NCBI GenBank assembly: GCA_963835065.1
Contig: CAWIEK010000009.1
Coordinates: 119,436-183,435, forward strand
DNA: 64,000 bases
Origin: an uncultured Chthonomonadaceae bacterium
GTDB taxonomy: Bacteria; Armatimonadota; Chthonomonadetes; Chthonomonadales; Chthonomonadaceae
Direction: 5' to 3'
Part shown: positions 59,682 to 64,000 of the stretch, piece by piece
Layout: every line of letters starts with the position of its first letter
How positions within the stretch are numbered: position 1 is the first letter of the stretch
Notes under the pieces: generated by a model
Told to the model about the DNA's origin: nothing
Databases searched by the model: none
Seen by the model: only the letters and a program-made list of their open reading frames with translations
Position numbers and translations under genes: made by a program

Positions 59682-60940
59682 ATGCGCGTGGCGCGAAACG
59701 ACATAATTACGGGTTTGGATATTGGCACGACCAAAGTCTGCGCGCTGATCGCGGAATTGGCCGAGCATGGGGAGATTCATGATTACCGGGGTCGGCGTTG
59801 CGCCGTCTTTGGGCATGAAGAAGGGCATGGTGGTGGACATCGAGGCCACCGCCCGCGCCATCGAAGAAGCCATTGACATTGCGGCAAAGCAGGCGGGGCA
59901 GGATGTGGACGGCGTGTACGTAGGCGTGACCGGGGAACATATCTCCTCGCTCAACAGCAACGGGCGCATTGCCATTACGCACCCTGACCGCGAAATCACG
60001 GACGGCGACGTGGATCGCGTTTTGGAAGCCGCGCGGGTCATTGTCTTGCCCCCGGACAGGCAGATTTTACACGCCATTCCCCGCTCCTACTCCATTGACA
60101 GCCAGAACGGAATCCGCCACCCTGTGGGCATGAGCGGGCAGCGGTTGGAAGTGCATACCCATATCGTGCATGGCGCGACCACCTGCCTGCAAAACATTGA
60201 CAAGTGCGTTGCCAAAGCGCACATGGAAGTGATTGAGCAGGTACTGGAACCGATTGCCACTGCGCGAGGCCGTGTTGCTTCCCGCCGAGCGCGAGTTGGG
60301 CGTATGCTTGGTGGACATTGGCGGCGGCACATCCGATATGGCCGTGTTCGTCAACGGCGAGATTTTCTATTCCGCCGTGATTCCTGTGGGCGGCAACCAT
60401 GTCACCAACGATGTCGCGTATGGCCTGACGGTGGGACACGACGAGGCCGAGCGCTTAAAAACCGAAAGCGGCAGCGCCCTGACGGAATTGGTTGGGGAAG
60501 AAGACGTGATTCAGGTGCGGCAGGTAGGGCGCGACGATTCGCGCCGACTGCGCCGCCGCGCTCTGGTGCAAATCATCGAGCCGCGTATGCAGGAATTGTT
60601 TGAACTGGTACACGCTGAACTGGAACGGGGCGATTGCCTGAACAAAGTCCCTGCCGGCCTGGTCATCAGCGGCGGCGGCAGCCAGTTGAAGGGGTGCGTG
60701 GAAGTGGCGCAGCAGGTTCTGCGCATGCCCGTGCGCGTCGGCAAGCCGCACGGCATCAGCAGCTTGCCCGAAGCGCTCACGCATCCGATGTACGCGACAG
60801 CCGTAGGCTTGGTGCTGTACGGCGCGCGCCATGCCCGCGACGCGCAGCGCGAAACCCGCCGCCGTTCTCCGTCAAACCTGCCGCCCTTCCTGCAAAAGAT
60901 TATGCAATGGCTGCACAGCCTGCTTGGCAGCGAAGATTAA
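59682..60940 (+). CDS. ftsA: Cell division protein FtsA, two +1 frameshifts (~59775 and ~60263)
   Basis: GLDIGTTKV; GMKKG.VVDI, PVGMSG.RLE; VDIGGGTSD, GGNHVTND, YATAVGL in three successive frames. Confidence 0.92.
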
Positions 60941-60978
60941 GACATTACAAGCCGGTACGAAAAACAAGCGAGAATTGT

Positions 60979-61008
60979 TTGGATTCCGTACCCATTTTTG
61001 GATATAAT
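60979..61008 (+). promoter_or_regulatory. Possible internal ftsZ promoter
   Basis: TTGGAT-N18-TATAAT. Confidence 0.4.
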
Positions 61009-61078
61009 GAATCCTATCATTTTGCAGCGAATCTCAGCATTTTAGAATGAATTTCAACATTTAGCGGGAAGGCGACCC

Positions 61079-62359
61079 ATGATTAATAGTTCTCTTGGCG
61101 GAAGTTTGCCGGAATTGGGTTCGGCGCGCATCAAAGTAATCGGCGCGGGCGGCGGCGGCACGAACGCGGTCAACCGTATGATCGAATCGGGCTTGAGCGG
61201 CATCGAGTTTCTGGCGATGAATACGGATGTTCAAGTGCTGAACATTTCCAAAGCGCCGCGCAAACTCCAGCTTGGCGAAAACTCCACGCGGGGGTTGGGC
61301 GCGGGCGGCGATCCGAGCATCGGGCGCGTGGCGGCGGAGGAAAGCAAAAGCGAAATCAAAAAGATGCTCGACGGCGCGGACATGGTGTTCATCACGGCGG
61401 GCATGGGCGGCGGAACCGGAACCGGGGCTGCGCCCGTCATCGCGGAAATCGCGGCGGAAATGGGCGCGCTCACTGTCGCCGTTGTCACCAAGCCGTTTCC
61501 GTTTGAAGGGCCACGCCGGATGCGGTTGGCCGAGGCCGGTGTCGAGGAACTGAAAAGCAAGGTTGACACCATCATCATCGTGCCGAACGAAAAATTGCTG
61601 TCCGTTGGCGACCGGCGCATGACGCTCGTGGAAGCCTTCCGAATGGCGGACGACGTGCTGCGGCAGGGCGTACAGGGCATCTCCGACATCATCACCATTC
61701 CGGGCATGATCAATGTGGACTTTGCCGACGTGCGCGCCATTATGACCCACGCCGGCCCCGCCCTCATGGGCATTGGCTACGGCAGTGGCGATCACCGGGC
61801 GGTGGAAGCGGCTCAAAACGCGGTTTCGTCGCAACTGCTGGAAACCAGCATCAACGGCGCGACCCGCGTCCTTGTCAACGTCACGTCCGGCAACGACCTG
61901 ACCTTGCAGGAATTCACCGAAGCCGCCAACCAGATTCAGGAACTGTGCGACCAGAACGACGCCAACATCATCTTCGGATGGGTGGCCGATCCGGGCTTGG
62001 AAGGCGAAGTGCGCGTAACCGTGCTGGCAACGGGTTTCAACGGTCTGTCGTCCGCGCCGGACATTGCCAAACTGACCCCCAACACAACGCCCGCTCCAAC
62101 CCCGCAGCCCCCGCCCCGCACAGCAACGGCGTACCCCAACACGCGCCCCTACCAGCCCGGCGATTCCATCAACAACGGACGCTCCACGTCACAGCCGCCC
62201 GCCAATCAGCCTGCCACAAACACGCCGACAACCCGCGCCGGAGAAACGCCTGCTCCAACGAACGCGCCGGCCGCTCCGTCCCAATCGCCCCCACAGCCGG
62301 AACGCAAGTCCAGCAATGAGGACATAGACATTCCCGCGTTCCTGCGCCGCAGACCGTAG
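61079..62359 (+). CDS. ftsZ: Cell division protein FtsZ
   Basis: [27 protein letters not shown]-terminal DIPAFLRR. Confidence 0.98.
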   Translation: MINSSLGGSLPELGSARIKVIGAGGGGTNAVNRMIESGLSGIEFLAMNTDVQVLNISKAPRKLQLGENSTRGLGAGGDPSIGRVAAEESKSEIKKMLDGADMVFITAGMGGGTGTGAAPVIAEIAAEMGALTVAVVTKPFPFEGPRRMRLAEAGVEELKSKVDTIIIVPNEKLLSVGDRRMTLVEAFRMADDVLRQGVQGISDIITIPGMINVDFADVRAIMTHAGPALMGIGYGSGDHRAVEAAQNAVSSQLLETSINGATRVLVNVTSGNDLTLQEFTEAANQIQELCDQNDANIIFGWVADPGLEGEVRVTVLATGFNGLSSAPDIAKLTPNTTPAPTPQPPPRTATAYPNTRPYQPGDSINNGRSTSQPPANQPATNTPTTRAGETPAPTNAPAAPSQSPPQPERKSSNEDIDIPAFLRRRP

Positions 62360-62376
62360 CGGAAGGGGTCAGTGGC

Positions 62377-62476
62377 TAGTAGTCCGTCAAGGTAGTTTGT
62401 ATGTATAGATTCCGAGGTTAGCAGTGAGCCGATTGGCTCAAAATCTATCCCTCTATTCTACCTTTATGGACTACTA
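62377..62476. repeat. TAGTA-ended imperfect palindrome
   Basis: TAGTAGTCCGTCAAGGTAG...CTACCTTTATGGACTACTA with inner ATAGATT/AATCTAT and GAGCC/GGCTC stems. Confidence 0.65.
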
Positions 62477-62706
62477 AGAGAACTTGAAAGAGGATTGAGT
62501 TATCAGCAGAAACCTTTCACAGCAGGTATGATATTATATACAATACTCTGTAACTATCTGGAATCCTGCAAATCCAACATTGTGAAGTGCAAAAGGCATT
62601 TATCTGAAATACAGGAAGTTTCCGTAATTGGTTGTTGTATTCGCTTTATCATACACAAGACGAACTACTAAATGTAGTTAATCGATAGGGGTGAAAGGTC
62701 ACGAGA

Positions 62707-63432
62707 ATGAGGGAACACTACGATTTATATGCTGCCCCCGCAGCCCACCCTGATTTACCAAGCATCGCGCCCTTTGTACGCGGCTCGTGGAGACGCGATG
62801 GGGCGATATCATATCAATCAACTGCTCTCAGCGAGGAGGAATTTGACCGAATATCAAAAGCTAGGGCTAAACATCATTCCTATTACCGTGGTCCCAAAAC
62901 TAGCGACCCGGATGAGCCAGGCGAGTATGAGCCTGCTGATGCTATTTACAGCGATCCTTATGATGAAACACAGTATCACGAAGACGAAGAAGACGAAACA
63001 AACTACTACAGGCCCGATGATAAATCCGCCAGTTTGTATTCCAGCTACGTACGCGGTGAGGTAACTCTTACTAATGCCGCAAGCCAAGAAATCTTGGCGT
63101 TGCTGGAACAAGAGGTGTTTAGGATAGGGGACAACGGGGATCCTGTTTGGAATGATACCATGAAGTGGAAGCTCTTAGTAAATCATCCTGTAGATTGCTA
63201 TAACCCCATCCAAATTTCCCATATTGCACTCTGGATCAGGGATGATGATGTGCTGCATTTTCGCACAATACAGGATTGGGAACACGGATTACGAAATCCC
63301 TCAACCAAGCATTTGTATATGCACAAAGATGATTTTCGCACCATTTGTAACATCCTTCCGCCTAGTGATAGTGAGTTGGAGGCTGAAGACGCCCGTGAGC
63401 AAGAACGCTACAATCAATTTTCTGATCGATAG
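62707..63432 (+). CDS. Acidic hypothetical protein in an AT-richer segment
   Basis: 241-aa ORF with atypical codon use; no motif recognised. Confidence 0.55.
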   Translation: MREHYDLYAAPAAHPDLPSIAPFVRGSWRRDGAISYQSTALSEEEFDRISKARAKHHSYYRGPKTSDPDEPGEYEPADAIYSDPYDETQYHEDEEDETNYYRPDDKSASLYSSYVRGEVTLTNAASQEILALLEQEVFRIGDNGDPVWNDTMKWKLLVNHPVDCYNPIQISHIALWIRDDDVLHFRTIQDWEHGLRNPSTKHLYMHKDDFRTICNILPPSDSELEAEDAREQERYNQFSDR

Positions 63433-63482
63433 ACAATTCATAATATCTAGGCTGAATCATAGGTGGCACAAGCTTGTCCTTC

Positions 63483-63603
63483 TAGTACACTGCGGCGTAA
63501 TTCTTGGCGCAGTAACCGACGTTTTATACGTTGGTTAATTTGGCCTGCGGTCAACCGGTCAACAGACGAGGAACAGCCCGCACATCTATGTCGCAGTATA
63601 CTA
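63483..63603. repeat. TAGTA-ended imperfect palindrome
   Basis: TAGTACACTGCGGCGTA...TATGTCGCAGTATACTA. Confidence 0.6.
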
Positions 63604-63656
63604 CAGACTTATATAACTCTTCGGATGTTAGCGTCATTTGGCAAGAGACGAAATTT

Positions 63657-63947
63657 ATGATAAGTAAAATTTATGACATACGATCTTTGTCGGATTTCAA
63701 ATCTAATGCGACAGACTTTTTCCGCGCCCTGAAACATTCGGGGCATCCCATTGTGCTGACGATAGACGGCAAAGCGGAACTTGTCGTTCAGGATGCGCAA
63801 AGTTACCAGAAATTGCTGGAAGCCGTAGACCGAGCTGAAGCCATTGAAGGCATCAAGCGCGGCTTGCAGGATGTTGAAGCGGGACGCACACGTCCCTTTG
63901 CAGAATTCGATTTAGAGATGCGGCAGAAGTATGGCATACACCGTTAA
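63657..63947 (+). CDS. Phd/YefM family antitoxin
   Basis: IRSLSDFK, PIVLTIDGKAELVVQDAQSYQ, IKRGLQDVEAGR. Confidence 0.85.
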   Translation: MISKIYDIRSLSDFKSNATDFFRALKHSGHPIVLTIDGKAELVVQDAQSYQKLLEAVDRAEAIEGIKRGLQDVEAGRTRPFAEFDLEMRQKYGIHR

Positions 63948-63957
63948 GTTGTAACGA

Positions 63958-63992
63958 ACAAGAGGAGGATTAATTCCTCCTCTTGTCTTTTT
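63958..63992 (+). terminator. Intrinsic terminator
   Basis: ACAAGAGGAGGA-TTAAT-TCCTCCTCTTGT followed by CTTTTT. Confidence 0.75.
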
Positions 63993-64000
63993 GGCAGGAA

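Noticed and set aside
48443..60940. murD, ftsW and ftsA as true pseudogenes
   Set aside because: Essential genes with single +1 shifts and no other decay; sequencing error is more parsimonious
1..64000. tRNA, rRNA, tmRNA or autonomous IS/prophage genes
   Set aside because: No cloverleaf, rRNA signature, transposase, integrase or phage structural ORF recognised

Overview
GC-rich bacterial chromosome window, most likely from Armatimonadota (inferred from two prepilin-type DUF1559 genes with the '[12 protein letters not shown]' N-terminus and a Terrabacteria-type dcw order). The left ~39 kb holds mixed metabolic and accessory genes: CoiA-like nuclease, two HEAT/TM paralogues, PadR, ThuA, LacI, PMM/PGM, a cyclase/HD-GYP/degenerate GGDEF group, alditol oxidase, sugar acid dehydratase, glpK, a truncated type IIG restriction-modification gene, a Sel1 protein and toxin-antitoxin debris. 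The right ~23 kb is a dcw cluster (mraZ-rsmH-ftsL-ftsI-murE-murF-mraY-murD-ftsW-murG-[GT-C]-murC-ddl-ftsQ-DUF881-sbp-ftsA-ftsZ), followed by an AT-richer ORF and an orphan antitoxin. The most striking signal is non-coding: several families of small palindromic elements saturate the window. These are period-7 tandem repeats with more than 10 different units, period-9 'AACCAC...' hairpins that start on stop codons, and REP/REPIN-like palindromes. They nest inside one another, sit in frame inside housekeeping enzymes (Ddl, GlpK, MurD, RsmH), and in one case bracket a whole cyclase gene. No transposase is visible. Five +1 frameshifts, most in essential genes, suggest sequencing indel errors. No rRNA, tRNA or CRISPR array was seen.
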